DNA of 60,414 nt, filler included. It is 7 parts of 7 records of this genome, joined end to end, with 100 filler letters (N's around TTAATTAATTAA, not from the genome) between each part and the next. Parts side by side here need not be neighbours in the genome. Positions count along the whole stretch, not along the records: positions 28,224 to 40,997 come from SRR31156797_13385; positions 41,098 to 49,076 come from SRR31156797_13386; 5 more parts are not named here. One strand, 5' to 3'. Position numbers and translations under genes: made by a program. Positions 29,761 through 41,750 of this stretch are shown piece after piece (positions within the stretch are counted from its first letter, which is position 1; every line of letters starts with the position of its first letter). The notes beneath the pieces are model-generated. The model saw nothing but the letters and a program-made list of their open reading frames with translations. It was not told the DNA's origin and ran no database searches.

Positions 29761-30642
29761 CTAAGACGACTTATAGATCTCTTTTAAAACGTCGTCTTTG
29801 TCTTGCCACACATCCCCCAGCCATTGCTGAAACTGACGCTTATATGGCTTGTCATTGAAGTAATCACCCGACACATTTTCATCCACTGGTAGCACCCGAA
29901 CTCGCACGACAATACGCTTCATTCTACCCATCAACAGATCTCGGAATGGTTTCTCTACATTGTCTGGGTACGCCAGAGTCACATCAATAATGTTCTCAAA
30001 CTGCTCGCCCATGGCTGCTAGGGTATACGCAACACCACCGGATTTTGGTGATAGTAAGTGTTGATAAGGAGAGCGTGCTGAGCGCTGCTTATGAGCATCA
30101 AAACGAGTCCCTTCGACATAATTAACAACGGTTGTAGGGTGGTATCTAAACTTTTCACATGAGCGACGTGTAGTTTGAAGATCCTGACCTCGCTTTTGTG
30201 GATGACGAATCAAATATTCACGCGAATAGCGGCGCATAAAAGGCATATCTAACGCCCAACACCCCATTCCAACAAAAGGTACATACAGCAACTGATGCTT
30301 AAGGAAAAATTTCGGCATGGGAATGCGATCTTTGAACACGCTGCACAGTACAACAATATCCGTCCAACTCAGATGATTACTAATCAGCAAGTACCAACCA
30401 TCTTTCTTTAAATTCTCCCCACCTGCAATATCCCACTCGACAGAATTGGTGAGCGATAGCAAAGCCATATTAACGGTAGCCCAAGACCACATCGCTTTAT
30501 CCGCCACTTGCGTTGCTTTGGCTTTTAATCGTTCAGTTGGCAAAAACACTTTAATGACCGCGACAGCACAAATAACCAGAGAGCTAATAGCAGTATTAAC
30601 TATCACCAACAACACATTGAGAACCAACACCAAATACGACAA
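29761..30642 (-). CDS. yihG: Acyltransferase YihG (PlsC family); start revised to TTG 30642
   Basis: SNHLSWTDI (NHxxxxD), KFFLK, NYVEGTRF; GAAGGA RBS just upstream of the TTG. Confidence 0.88.
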   Translation of the reverse strand: MSYLVLVLNVLLVIVNTAISSLVICAVAVIKVFLPTERLKAKATQVADKAMWSWATVNMALLSLTNSVEWDIAGGENLKKDGWYLLISNHLSWTDIVVLCSVFKDRIPMPKFFLKHQLLYVPFVGMGCWALDMPFMRRYSREYLIRHPQKRGQDLQTTRRSCEKFRYHPTTVVNYVEGTRFDAHKQRSARSPYQHLLSPKSGGVAYTLAAMGEQFENIIDVTLAYPDNVEKPFRDLLMGRMKRIVVRVRVLPVDENVSGDYFNDKPYKRQFQQWLGDVWQDKDDVLKEIYKSS

Positions 30643-30749
30643 GCGAAATCCTTCACAAACAAAACGGACAAAAAGTAAGCGCCCAATTATACAACCTTGT
30701 TGTGATTTTAAAATATCGCCGAACAATGGTCAGAGTACTACAGCAAGCT

Positions 30750-32276
30750 TTAGCTTACAGATTGGGCAGTCAGCTGTTTTAACAACCTATCCATTGAACG
30801 ATAACCCAGAGCTTCAGCCAAATGTGAGCGATTGATTTGTACCTCTCCTTGCAAATCCGCAATGGTTCGCGCGACTTTGATGATTCGATGATAGGCACGA
30901 ACAGAAAGCCCCAGCCTGTGCAACGCATTTTCTAAAAACTCTGCATCAGCTTTTTGCAGCGGGCACACTTGTTCAATTTCTCTGCTCTGTAACAAGGCAT
31001 TCACCTTGCCGCTTCGCTCCAGCATGACTTTTCGAGCTTGCAGGACCCTTTCTCTAACAACTTGGGTCGACTCCCCTCGCTCCCCCCCATTCGCTAAAGT
31101 TCCCTTTGGTAGTGCAGGGATCTCTATCGACATATCAAAACGGTCTAACAGTGGACCAGATAGCCGACTGAGATAACGTAAGATCACTTGTGGGTTTACT
31201 CTTGCTTGCTCCCCCTCATGGTAGCCCGTTGGGCTGGGGTTCAGAGCACCAACGAGCTGAAAGCGAGCCGGAAAACGCGTTTTACCTTGAGCTCGGGAAA
31301 TGATGATCTCACCGGATTCCAAAGGTTCACGCAGTGAATCCAGAACTTTTCTTTCAAACTCGGGCATCTCATCAAGAAACAGCAAGCCATTGTGAGCGAG
31401 AGATATTTCCCCGGGACGAGGCACAGAACCACCACCAACAAGCGCAGCCATCGAGCTAGAGTGATGAGGTGAACGAAACGGCCTTTGCTTCCAGTTGTGA
31501 AGGTTGATTTCTTGTTGAGTCAGAGAAGCTACCGAAGCGGTTTCCATCGCTTCTTCGTCTGTCATCGGAGGCAATAAATCACACAATCGAGAGGCCAACA
31601 TGGTCTTGCCTGTACCGGGAGGACCGAGAAACAAGAGGTTATGGTTCCCCGCGGCCGCGATCTCCAGAGCTCGCTTGCCCTGCTGCTGGCCAATAATATC
31701 CTGCAGATCTCTTTGATTGTGTGACACTAAAATTGGCGTAGACGATTCAAACAGGGTTAGCGTTTTCTGACCACACAGATCCGCACAAACCTCCAGCAAG
31801 CTTTGAGCAGATTTATGCTTTTGATTATCGACCAAAGCCGCTTGGTCACCATTCCAATGCGGAACCACTAAACTGCGATTAGCTTTCGAAGCCGCTAACG
31901 ATGCAGGTAATACGCCCTTTACCCGCCGTAACTCGCCAGATAGTGCTAATTCACCTAAGAATTCATGCTTATCTAAACTGGTTTGTGCAATTTGACTCGA
32001 CGCCGCTAATATTCCCAAAGCAATAGGGAGATCAAATCGTCCCCCTTCTTTAGGAAGATCAGCAGGCGCTAAGTTAACGGTAATTTTCTTGGCCGGAAAA
32101 ACAAACTGAGAGTTGATAATCGCGCTGCGAACTCTGTCTCGAGATTCCTTTACTGTGGTTTCGGGTAACCCCACCAGAGTAAATCCCGGCATTCCATTGC
32201 TGATATGCACCTCAACCGTCACCGCAGGTGCTTCTACACCGACACTTGCCCGGCTATGAATAATCGCTAGTCCCAT
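30750..32276 (-). CDS. yifB: YifB/ComM Mg-chelatase-like AAA+ ATPase (start revised to ATG 32276)
   Basis: VEVHISNGMPGF, NLAPADLPKEGGRFDL, GPPGTGKT, LFLDE, SGPLLDRFD. Confidence 0.93.
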   Translation of the reverse strand: MGLAIIHSRASVGVEAPAVTVEVHISNGMPGFTLVGLPETTVKESRDRVRSAIINSQFVFPAKKITVNLAPADLPKEGGRFDLPIALGILAASSQIAQTSLDKHEFLGELALSGELRRVKGVLPASLAASKANRSLVVPHWNGDQAALVDNQKHKSAQSLLEVCADLCGQKTLTLFESSTPILVSHNQRDLQDIIGQQQGKRALEIAAAGNHNLLFLGPPGTGKTMLASRLCDLLPPMTDEEAMETASVASLTQQEINLHNWKQRPFRSPHHSSSMAALVGGGSVPRPGEISLAHNGLLFLDEMPEFERKVLDSLREPLESGEIIISRAQGKTRFPARFQLVGALNPSPTGYHEGEQARVNPQVILRYLSRLSGPLLDRFDMSIEIPALPKGTLANGGERGESTQVVRERVLQARKVMLERSGKVNALLQSREIEQVCPLQKADAEFLENALHRLGLSVRAYHRIIKVARTIADLQGEVQINRSHLAEALGYRSMDRLLKQLTAQSVS

Positions 32277-32471
32277 CTTGTCCCTTATCCATTGATTAAT
32301 AACCAATCAGTAGAAAATTTGGTTATCGGAAAGGCTTATATAACGTGAGGGGCAAAAAAGAGAATGTGAAAAAAGAATGAGTTTTTGCTTGTCATTTAAC
32401 GGAGATGTATGTTACCACTAGAGACGCAAACAATTGCGTATACTATAAAAAAGAACTTTTTGAGCATATTG

Positions 32472-32561
32472 ATGAATTTTACCGCCCGCATTAACTCACT
32501 GATTATCCTGATTCTCGTGGTCATTATTAAGACCACGCGGGGACTTGCAGGCGTAAAATAA
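32472..32561 (+). CDS. ilvL: ilv operon leader peptide MNFTARINSLIILILVVIIKTTRGLAGVK
   Basis: 29-aa ORF with an Ile/Leu/Val run directly before the attenuator hairpin and ilvG. Confidence 0.9.
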   Translation: MNFTARINSLIILILVVIIKTTRGLAGVK

Positions 32562-32572
32562 TGCACAGATTC

Positions 32573-32609
32573 AAAAAACCCCCGCGCTGAAAAGTCCGGG
32601 GGTTTTTTT
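32573..32609 (+). terminator. ilv attenuator terminator
   Basis: AAAAAACCCCCG...CGGGGGTTTTTTT. The upstream CGCGGGG in the leader can pair with CCCCGCG to form the antiterminator. Confidence 0.9.
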
Positions 32610-32747
32610 ACAACCTTTATTTAGAACAGAATAAAAAGCACATACTAACTTGGGGTTAGATATGTCAGGAAGAATGGGAGCGCACATGAAGTGCAAACAC
32701 AACACAACACACTATAGCGATAACAATCGCACTAACGGAGGCATACG

Positions 32748-34394
32748 ATGACGGGAGCGCAACTAGTCGTAGCCGCTTTAAAACAGCAAGGCATAAAGAC
32801 TGTTTTTGGTTATCCGGGTGGCGCAATCATGCCCATCTACGATGCCTTATATGATGGCGGCGTTGAACATATACTATGCCGCCATGAGCAAGGGGCGGCG
32901 ATGGCAGCCATAGGGATGGCAAGAGCAACACAAGACGTTGCGGTTTGCATGGCAACATCAGGCCCGGGAGCGACAAACTTAGTAACAGGCCTTGCCGATG
33001 CCTTTCTAGATTCCGTTCCTCTTGTTGCTATCACAGGTCAGGTTGCCAGTTCACACATTGGTACTGACGCTTTCCAGGAAATGGATGTGATAGGCATGTC
33101 TCTTTCTTGTACCAAACACAGCTATCTCGTTACCGATATTAATGAACTTGCTCCAACACTTGCAGAAGCATTTGAAGTAGCGAAAGCAGGCCGCCCTGGT
33201 CCGGTTATCGTTGATATCGCTAAAGACGTTCAGCTTGGCCAAGCGCCAGTCACCACGCTTCCTGATTTTACTCCACCCGATATCCCTCAAGTCGACCCTC
33301 AACAATTAGTCAAAGCTCAACAGCTAATGGCTGAAAGTAAGCGTCCAGTATTGTATGTCGGCGGTGGTGTTCAACTGGCTCACGCGACCGACAGCGTTCG
33401 CAATTTCCTACGCTTAAACCCAATGCCGTCAGTAAGTACCTTAAAAGGGTTAGGTACTATCGAACGCCACGACCCACACTACCTTGGTATGTTGGGTATG
33501 CACGGTACCAAAGCAGCGAACTTAGTGGTTCAGGAAAGCGATCTACTTATTGTTGTTGGTGCGCGTTTTGATGACCGAGTCACCGGAAAACTGGATACCT
33601 TTGCACCGCATGCGAAAGTGATTCACATCGATATCGATGCCGCAGAATTTAACAAACTGCGTCAGGCAAACGCGGCTCTGCGTGGTGATATCAACACTAT
33701 CTTGCCTCAGCTAGAACTTAGCCATGATATCTCTTCATGGGCACATCACAGCGAAAGCTTACGTAGTGGGTTTAAGTGGCGTTATGACCACCCGGGCGAT
33801 CTTATCTACGCACCGTTGCTGTTAAAACAGCTATCAGACATGATGCCTGACAGCTCAATCGTCTCAACCGACGTTGGTCAACACCAAATGTGGGCTGCTC
33901 AGCATATCCAACCACGTATGCCGCAGAACTTCATTTCATCAGCGGGTCTTGGCACGATGGGCTTTGGTTTACCAGCAGCGATGGGTGCTGCGGTTGCGCG
34001 CCCTCAGGATCAGTCGATTCTAGTCTCAGGTGACGGTTCATTTATGATGAACGTTCAAGAACTGGGGACACTTAAACGCCGTCAAATCCCAGTAAAAATG
34101 GTTCTTTTAAACAACCAGCGTCTGGGCATGGTTCGTCAGTGGCAATCTCTGTTCTTTGATGGCCGCCATAGTGAAACGATTCTGGACGACAACCCAGATT
34201 TCGTGATGCTGGCAAAAGCTTTCGATATTCCGGGCAAAACCATCACCAAGAAAGAAGAAGTAGAGCCAGCACTGAAAGAGATGCTGGAAAGCAAAACCGC
34301 ATACATGCTTCATGTTCTGATTGATGAAGAAGAAAACGTATGGCCGTTGGTACCGCCGGGCGCGTCCAACAATGACATGTTAGAGAACACTTAG
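32748..34394 (+). CDS. ilvG: Acetolactate synthase II large subunit
   Basis: [40 protein letters not shown]. Confidence 0.96.
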   Translation: MTGAQLVVAALKQQGIKTVFGYPGGAIMPIYDALYDGGVEHILCRHEQGAAMAAIGMARATQDVAVCMATSGPGATNLVTGLADAFLDSVPLVAITGQVASSHIGTDAFQEMDVIGMSLSCTKHSYLVTDINELAPTLAEAFEVAKAGRPGPVIVDIAKDVQLGQAPVTTLPDFTPPDIPQVDPQQLVKAQQLMAESKRPVLYVGGGVQLAHATDSVRNFLRLNPMPSVSTLKGLGTIERHDPHYLGMLGMHGTKAANLVVQESDLLIVVGARFDDRVTGKLDTFAPHAKVIHIDIDAAEFNKLRQANAALRGDINTILPQLELSHDISSWAHHSESLRSGFKWRYDHPGDLIYAPLLLKQLSDMMPDSSIVSTDVGQHQMWAAQHIQPRMPQNFISSAGLGTMGFGLPAAMGAAVARPQDQSILVSGDGSFMMNVQELGTLKRRQIPVKMVLLNNQRLGMVRQWQSLFFDGRHSETILDDNPDFVMLAKAFDIPGKTITKKEEVEPALKEMLESKTAYMLHVLIDEEENVWPLVPPGASNNDMLENT

Positions 34395-34406
34395 GAGACG
34401 CTCACC

Positions 34407-34691
34407 ATGCAAAGATATCTACTAGACATCAAAGCAGACGATAAACCAGTACTACTTGAGCGTGTTCTGCGTGTCGTTCGCCATCGTGGCTTCATCATTA
34501 AACAAGTAGCGGCAACTCAGAACCATGCGAGTAAAGTGGCCAGTGTCGAAATCATCGTTGATAGCGATCGACCCATTACCACACTGACCAACCAGATTGA
34601 AAAATTATGGGATATTCGCACTGTTGACGTAACACCGATCAAAAGTGACGAACTGCCAAACAACAATTTACAACAAAAAATTTGCGCTTAA
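34407..34691 (+). CDS. ilvM: Acetolactate synthase II small subunit
   Basis: [16 protein letters not shown] domain, directly after ilvG. Confidence 0.95.
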   Translation: MQRYLLDIKADDKPVLLERVLRVVRHRGFIIKQVAATQNHASKVASVEIIVDSDRPITTLTNQIEKLWDIRTVDVTPIKSDELPNNNLQQKICA

Positions 34692-34711
34692 GCGAAGTAA
34701 GGAAACACAAC

Positions 34712-36553
34712 ATGCCTAAATATCGTTCGGCCACGACTACACATGGACGCAACATGGCTGGTGCACGCGCATTATGGCGCGCCACTGGCGTAAAAGACGA
34801 TGATTTCGGGAAACCAATCATCGCAGTCGTGAACTCATTCACTCAATTTGTTCCAGGTCACGTGCACCTAAAAGACATGGGGCAGTTAGTTGCTGCTGAA
34901 ATTGAAGCTGCTGGCGGCATCGCAAAAGAATTCAACACCATCGCGGTTGATGACGGTATCGCAATGGGCCACGGCGGTATGCTTTACTCACTGCCGTCAC
35001 GAGAGCTGATTGCAGACTCAGTAGAATATATGGTCAACGCTCACTGTGCCGATGCTATGGTGTGTATTTCCAACTGTGACAAAATCACTCCGGGAATGAT
35101 GATGGCAGCAATGCGTCTCAATATACCGGTTATTTTTGTTTCTGGTGGTCCAATGGAAGCGGGTAAAACTAAGCTTTCTGATCAACTCATCAAACTCGAT
35201 TTGGTTGATGCGATGATTCAAGGTGCCGATCCAACCGTGTCGGACGAGCAGAGTGAACAAATCGAACGTTCAGCGTGCCCAACCTGTGGTTCATGTTCAG
35301 GTATGTTCACCGCTAACTCAATGAACTGCCTGACGGAAGCGCTTGGTCTTTCTCAACCGGGTAACGGCTCGATGCTGGCTACTCACGCGGATCGTAAGCA
35401 ACTGTTTATCAATGCGGGTAAACGAGTGGTTGAATTAACCAAACGTTACTATGAACAAGACGACGAATCAGCGCTACCACGCAACATTGCTAACCGCGCA
35501 GCGTTTGAAAATGCGATGGCACTCGACATCGCTATGGGTGGCTCAAGTAATACTGTTCTTCACCTATTAGCAGCAGCACAAGAAGGTGACGTCGACTTCG
35601 ATATGAATGATATCGATGCAATGTCTCGTCGCGTTCCGCACCTGTGTAAAGTGGCGCCATCAACACAAAAATACCACATGGAAGATGTACACCGTGCTGG
35701 TGGTGTGATGGCAATTTTGGGTGAACTCGATCGTGCAGGTCTGCTAAACACTGAAACCAGCACCGTTCTGGGTATGTCGATGAAAGAGCAACTGGCTCAA
35801 TACGACATCATGCAAACAGAAGATGAAGACATCCTTAAATTCTTCCGCGCAGGTCCTGCGGGTATTCGTACCACCCAAGCCTTTTCTCAAGATTGTCGTT
35901 GGGATCGTCTTGACGATGATCGCAAAGACGGTTGTATTCGCACCAAAGAGCATGCCTTTAGTCAGGAAGGTGGTCTCGCGGTACTAGCAGGTAACATCGC
36001 CGTTGATGGTTGTATTGTTAAAACTGCGGGTGTTGATGAAGAAAACCTCAAGTTCCAAGGTCCAGCGATTGTATTTGAAAGCCAAGATACAGCTGTTGAC
36101 GGTATCTTAGGTGGCAAAGTCAAAGCGGGCGAAGTTGTTGTTATTCGCTACGAGGGTCCTAAAGGTGGACCGGGTATGCAAGAGATGCTTTACCCAACCA
36201 CATACCTAAAATCGATGGGATTAGGAAAATCTTGTGCGCTACTCACCGATGGTCGCTTCTCAGGTGGTACATCTGGTCTGTCGATTGGCCACGCGTCACC
36301 AGAAGCCGCAAGTGGCGGTACCATAGGTCTTGTTCAGGATGGCGACATCATCACTATCGATATCCCTAGCCGCTCCATCACTTTAGATGTTCCTGAAGAT
36401 GAGCTCGCTAAGCGTCGCGCAGAGCAAGACAAATTGGGCTGGAAACCGGCTGACCGCCAACGTGAAGTTTCATTTGCATTAAAAGCTTATGCCAGCATGG
36501 CAACCAGTGCTGACAAAGGCGCTGTGCGAGATAAATCTAAGCTAGAGGGCTAG
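34712..36553 (+). CDS. ilvD: Dihydroxy-acid dehydratase (start revised to ATG 34712)
   Basis: [59 protein letters not shown] upstream. Confidence 0.97.
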   Translation: MPKYRSATTTHGRNMAGARALWRATGVKDDDFGKPIIAVVNSFTQFVPGHVHLKDMGQLVAAEIEAAGGIAKEFNTIAVDDGIAMGHGGMLYSLPSRELIADSVEYMVNAHCADAMVCISNCDKITPGMMMAAMRLNIPVIFVSGGPMEAGKTKLSDQLIKLDLVDAMIQGADPTVSDEQSEQIERSACPTCGSCSGMFTANSMNCLTEALGLSQPGNGSMLATHADRKQLFINAGKRVVELTKRYYEQDDESALPRNIANRAAFENAMALDIAMGGSSNTVLHLLAAAQEGDVDFDMNDIDAMSRRVPHLCKVAPSTQKYHMEDVHRAGGVMAILGELDRAGLLNTETSTVLGMSMKEQLAQYDIMQTEDEDILKFFRAGPAGIRTTQAFSQDCRWDRLDDDRKDGCIRTKEHAFSQEGGLAVLAGNIAVDGCIVKTAGVDEENLKFQGPAIVFESQDTAVDGILGGKVKAGEVVVIRYEGPKGGPGMQEMLYPTTYLKSMGLGKSCALLTDGRFSGGTSGLSIGHASPEAASGGTIGLVQDGDIITIDIPSRSITLDVPEDELAKRRAEQDKLGWKPADRQREVSFALKAYASMATSADKGAVRDKSKLEG

Positions 36554-36557
36554 CTTT

Positions 36558-38090
36558 ATGACTTTAACTCAACAAACTGGCGCAGATTATCTGCGCCAAG
36601 TATTGCGCGCTCCCGTTTACGAAGTCGCTAACGTTACTCCTCTACAGGAAATGCCTCGCTTATCTGCTCGCATTGGTAACGAAGTACAAATCAAACGTGA
36701 AGATCGCCAACCCGTGCACTCATTCAAACTGCGCGGTGCTTACAACATGGTAGCTAATCTGACCGAAGAGCAGAAAGCGGCTGGGGTTATCGCAGCTTCA
36801 GCGGGCAACCACGCTCAAGGTATGGCACTTTCTGGCACTAAACTAGGCATCAAAACAACGATTGTGATGCCACGTACAACGCCAGACATCAAAGTTGAAG
36901 CGGTTCGCGGATTTGGCGGCAACGTGATTCTTCACGGCAGTAACTTCGATGAAGCAAAAGCGGAAGCGGAACGCCTTTCGGCTGAAAATGGTTATACCTT
37001 TGTTCCTCCTTTTGACCACCCATTGGTCATTGCAGGGCAAGGCACTATCGGCATGGAAATGCTGCAGCAAAACGGTCACTTGAACTACATTTTTGTTCCG
37101 GTTGGTGGCGGTGGTTTAGCGGCAGGTGTTGCCGTTTTGGTTAAGCAACTGATGCCTGAAGTTAAGGTTATTGCTGTTGAACCAGAAGATTCGGCCTGTC
37201 TGAAAGCAGCGCTGGATGCCGGCGAACCTGTCGTACTTGATCAGGTCAGTATGTTTGCTGACGGTGTTGCGGTAAAACGTATTGGTGATGAAACTTTTCG
37301 TCTTTGCCAACAATACATCGACGGACATATCACGGTATCCAGTGATGAAATCTGTGCGGCTGTGAAAGATATCTTTGAAGATACTCGCGCGATTGCTGAA
37401 CCGTCTGGTGCTCTAGCTCTTGCTGGTTTGAAAAGATATGCCGAGAAGAATCAGCTAAAAGATAAGAAGCTGGGTACAGTGCTTTCAGGTGCTAACACTA
37501 ACTTCCACGGTTTGCGTTACGTTTCAGAGCGTTGTGAACTGGGTGAAAAACGTGAAGGCCTATTGGCGGTAACGATTCCTGAGCAAAAAGGGGCTTTCTT
37601 TAAGTTCTGTCAGATCCTCGGCAACCGTGCGGTCACTGAGTTTAATTACCGTTATAGCGACGACGAACTGGCCAATATCTTTGTTGGTATTCGTCTGGTC
37701 GGTGGTCAGGAAGAACTGAACTCAATCATCAAAGAGCTACACGCTTCAGGCTACCCAGTTCAGGATCTGTCAGATGACGAAATGGCGAAGCTACACACTC
37801 GCTATATGATCGGTGGTAAACCGTCTAAGCCTTTGACAGAACGTCTATACAGCTTTGAGTTCCCAGAGTACCCCGGCGCGCTACTTAAGTTTTTAAGTAC
37901 GCTTGGCACACACTGGAATATCAGTCTATTCAACTACCGCAACCACGGGGCTGATTATGGTCGCGTATTATGTGGGTTTGAATTAGACCAAGCCGATCTA
38001 GAGCGTTTCTCCGCTCACTTGGTTGAGCTGGGCTATAGCTGTAAAGATGAGACCGATAACCCGTCTTATCGTTTCTTCTTAGCTAAGTAA
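36558..38090 (+). CDS. ilvA: Biosynthetic threonine deaminase
   Basis: KREDRQPVHSFKLRGA, ASAGNHAQG, two C-terminal regulatory domains. Confidence 0.97.
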   Translation: MTLTQQTGADYLRQVLRAPVYEVANVTPLQEMPRLSARIGNEVQIKREDRQPVHSFKLRGAYNMVANLTEEQKAAGVIAASAGNHAQGMALSGTKLGIKTTIVMPRTTPDIKVEAVRGFGGNVILHGSNFDEAKAEAERLSAENGYTFVPPFDHPLVIAGQGTIGMEMLQQNGHLNYIFVPVGGGGLAAGVAVLVKQLMPEVKVIAVEPEDSACLKAALDAGEPVVLDQVSMFADGVAVKRIGDETFRLCQQYIDGHITVSSDEICAAVKDIFEDTRAIAEPSGALALAGLKRYAEKNQLKDKKLGTVLSGANTNFHGLRYVSERCELGEKREGLLAVTIPEQKGAFFKFCQILGNRAVTEFNYRYSDDELANIFVGIRLVGGQEELNSIIKELHASGYPVQDLSDDEMAKLHTRYMIGGKPSKPLTERLYSFEFPEYPGALLKFLSTLGTHWNISLFNYRNHGADYGRVLCGFELDQADLERFSAHLVELGYSCKDETDNPSYRFFLAK

Positions 38091-38106
38091 GATACTAACG
38101 ACTCTT

Positions 38107-38134
38107 AAGCCACCATCATCACGGTGGCTTTTTG
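38107..38134 (+). terminator. ilv operon terminator
   Basis: AAGCCACC-ATCATCAC-GGTGGCTT followed by TTTG. Confidence 0.8.
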
Positions 38135-38154
38135 TTTAGTGACTTATCCCCAAT

Positions 38155-38184
38155 AAAAAAGCTCCTGCCAATGGCAGGAGCTTT
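38155..38184 (-). terminator. katG terminator
   Basis: AAAGCTCCTGCC-AAT-GGCAGGAGCTTT; the A-run on + gives a U-tract on -. Confidence 0.85.
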
Positions 38185-38209
38185 CACTCAACATATCGTT
38201 TTAATCGTA

Positions 38210-40441
<2,232 letters not shown>

Positions 40442-40535
40442 TTATTTAGATGCTAATATTTCTCAGTTACGAATTAGGTTATATATTTTTTAATTATTTC
40501 AAACTGATTATATTAATAGTTTTAAATACGATCAC

Positions 40536-40572
40536 ATTAATTAAACCAATTAAATCAATAAGAGAAATCTAT
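40536..40572 (-). promoter_or_regulatory. Putative OxyR binding site upstream of katG
   Basis: Minus strand ATAG-N7-TTAT-N7-ATTG-N7-TAAT fits the OxyR consensus ATAG-N7-CTAT-N7-ATAG-N7-CTAT. Confidence 0.7.
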
Positions 40573-40895
40573 CAATCAAATAAACCAGAAGATAAAAACA
40601 ACCAAAATCCAAAAACTTAACTTAAAAAACAACAATGTAAACACATAATTATTTATTATAACTCATAAAAACCATGCAAAAACCTGTTAAAAAACCACCA
40701 AAAACACACCCACACTACAAAAGAAAGCCCCCTACAAAAACAAAAGAAAATTCTTACAAATTGCAATATAAAACATATTACAAATGATCACTTAATTTAC
40801 AGATTATTTTATATTAATACGCACAAAGATATTTGACCGGTTATCACTTTTCCTATGCGTTAATATTCTTATTCTATAATCACTGTTTAAATCTA

Positions 40896-40997
40896 TATAC
40901 TCAAGTAACTTCAAGATGCAGGTTCAGCGAGAATTTATTCGCGCTTAGACAAGGCACTGATTTGAATACATAGTGATTCTACGTAGAAAATCAGTAA
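40896..40997 (+). repeat. ERIC-like Vibrio intergenic repeat, truncated at contig end
   Basis: Begins TATACTCAAGTAACTTCAAGATGCAG, resembling the ERIC terminus. Has an internal ACTGATTT...AAATCAGT hairpin. The assembly breaks inside it. Confidence 0.6.
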
Positions 40998-41098
40998 NNN
41001 NNNNNNNNNNNNNNNNNNNNNNNNNNNNNNNNNNNNNNNNNTTAATTAATTAANNNNNNNNNNNNNNNNNNNNNNNNNNNNNNNNNNNNNNNNNNNNA

Positions 41099-41746
41099 AA
41101 AGGTTACGGGCAAAGCGAAACGAAACTATACAAACTATTTTGTTTTTCGCGCCTGAATTTTGGAAAGCCTAAACTCTGGAAAGTAAAAAAGCTGTTTGAA
41201 ATTTCGGCGCACGAAATTAAACTGCAAATTTCTTTCGATGTTAACGAGGCTGCCACAAACTTTATAAAAGGGCTGTTTATGCAACAGGGATTTTACCTGG
41301 GCGATAAATTCAACGGTATCGATTTCAAAGTTGCCAATATTGCTGCTCAACCTGAACCTGATTTTTCGGAAACCATGCAATATCGTTTACAAACACCCTG
41401 GGTAGTTAGCTATAAAACCGAAAACGAAAAATACCCACAATATCTCTCTCCCACCGATAAAAGTTATGAAACACTTGCCATAAAACATATTGCTGAAAAA
41501 TTTAATAATACGCGAAGCTCAGAACCTATTACACAGGAACAAATTAAATTAAACCTGACAAGCGATTTTAAACGAGCTGGTTTTGTAATGAAACCCGGAA
41601 CCAAAGAACAATCGCGCATTGTTGGGAATTTGTTTGAATTTGAGTTGAACGCGCCGATTGAGGTGCAGAAGATGATTTGGAATACCGGGATTAGTGAGAA
41701 GAGTTCGGGTGGTTTTGGTTGGCTGGAAGTAAAAACGAACGAATAA
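41099..41746 (+). CDS. cas6: CRISPR-associated endoribonuclease Cas6, 5' truncated
   Basis: YKLFCFSRL near the N-terminus and C-terminal Gly-rich loop GISEKSSGGFG; first gene of the cas cluster. Confidence 0.9.
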   Translation, partial: KGYGQSETKLYKLFCFSRLNFGKPKLWKVKKLFEISAHEIKLQISFDVNEAATNFIKGLFMQQGFYLGDKFNGIDFKVANIAAQPEPDFSETMQYRLQTPWVVSYKTENEKYPQYLSPTDKSYETLAIKHIAEKFNNTRSSEPITQEQIKLNLTSDFKRAGFVMKPGTKEQSRIVGNLFEFELNAPIEVQKMIWNTGISEKSSGGFGWLEVKTNE

Positions 41747-41750
41747 CATC

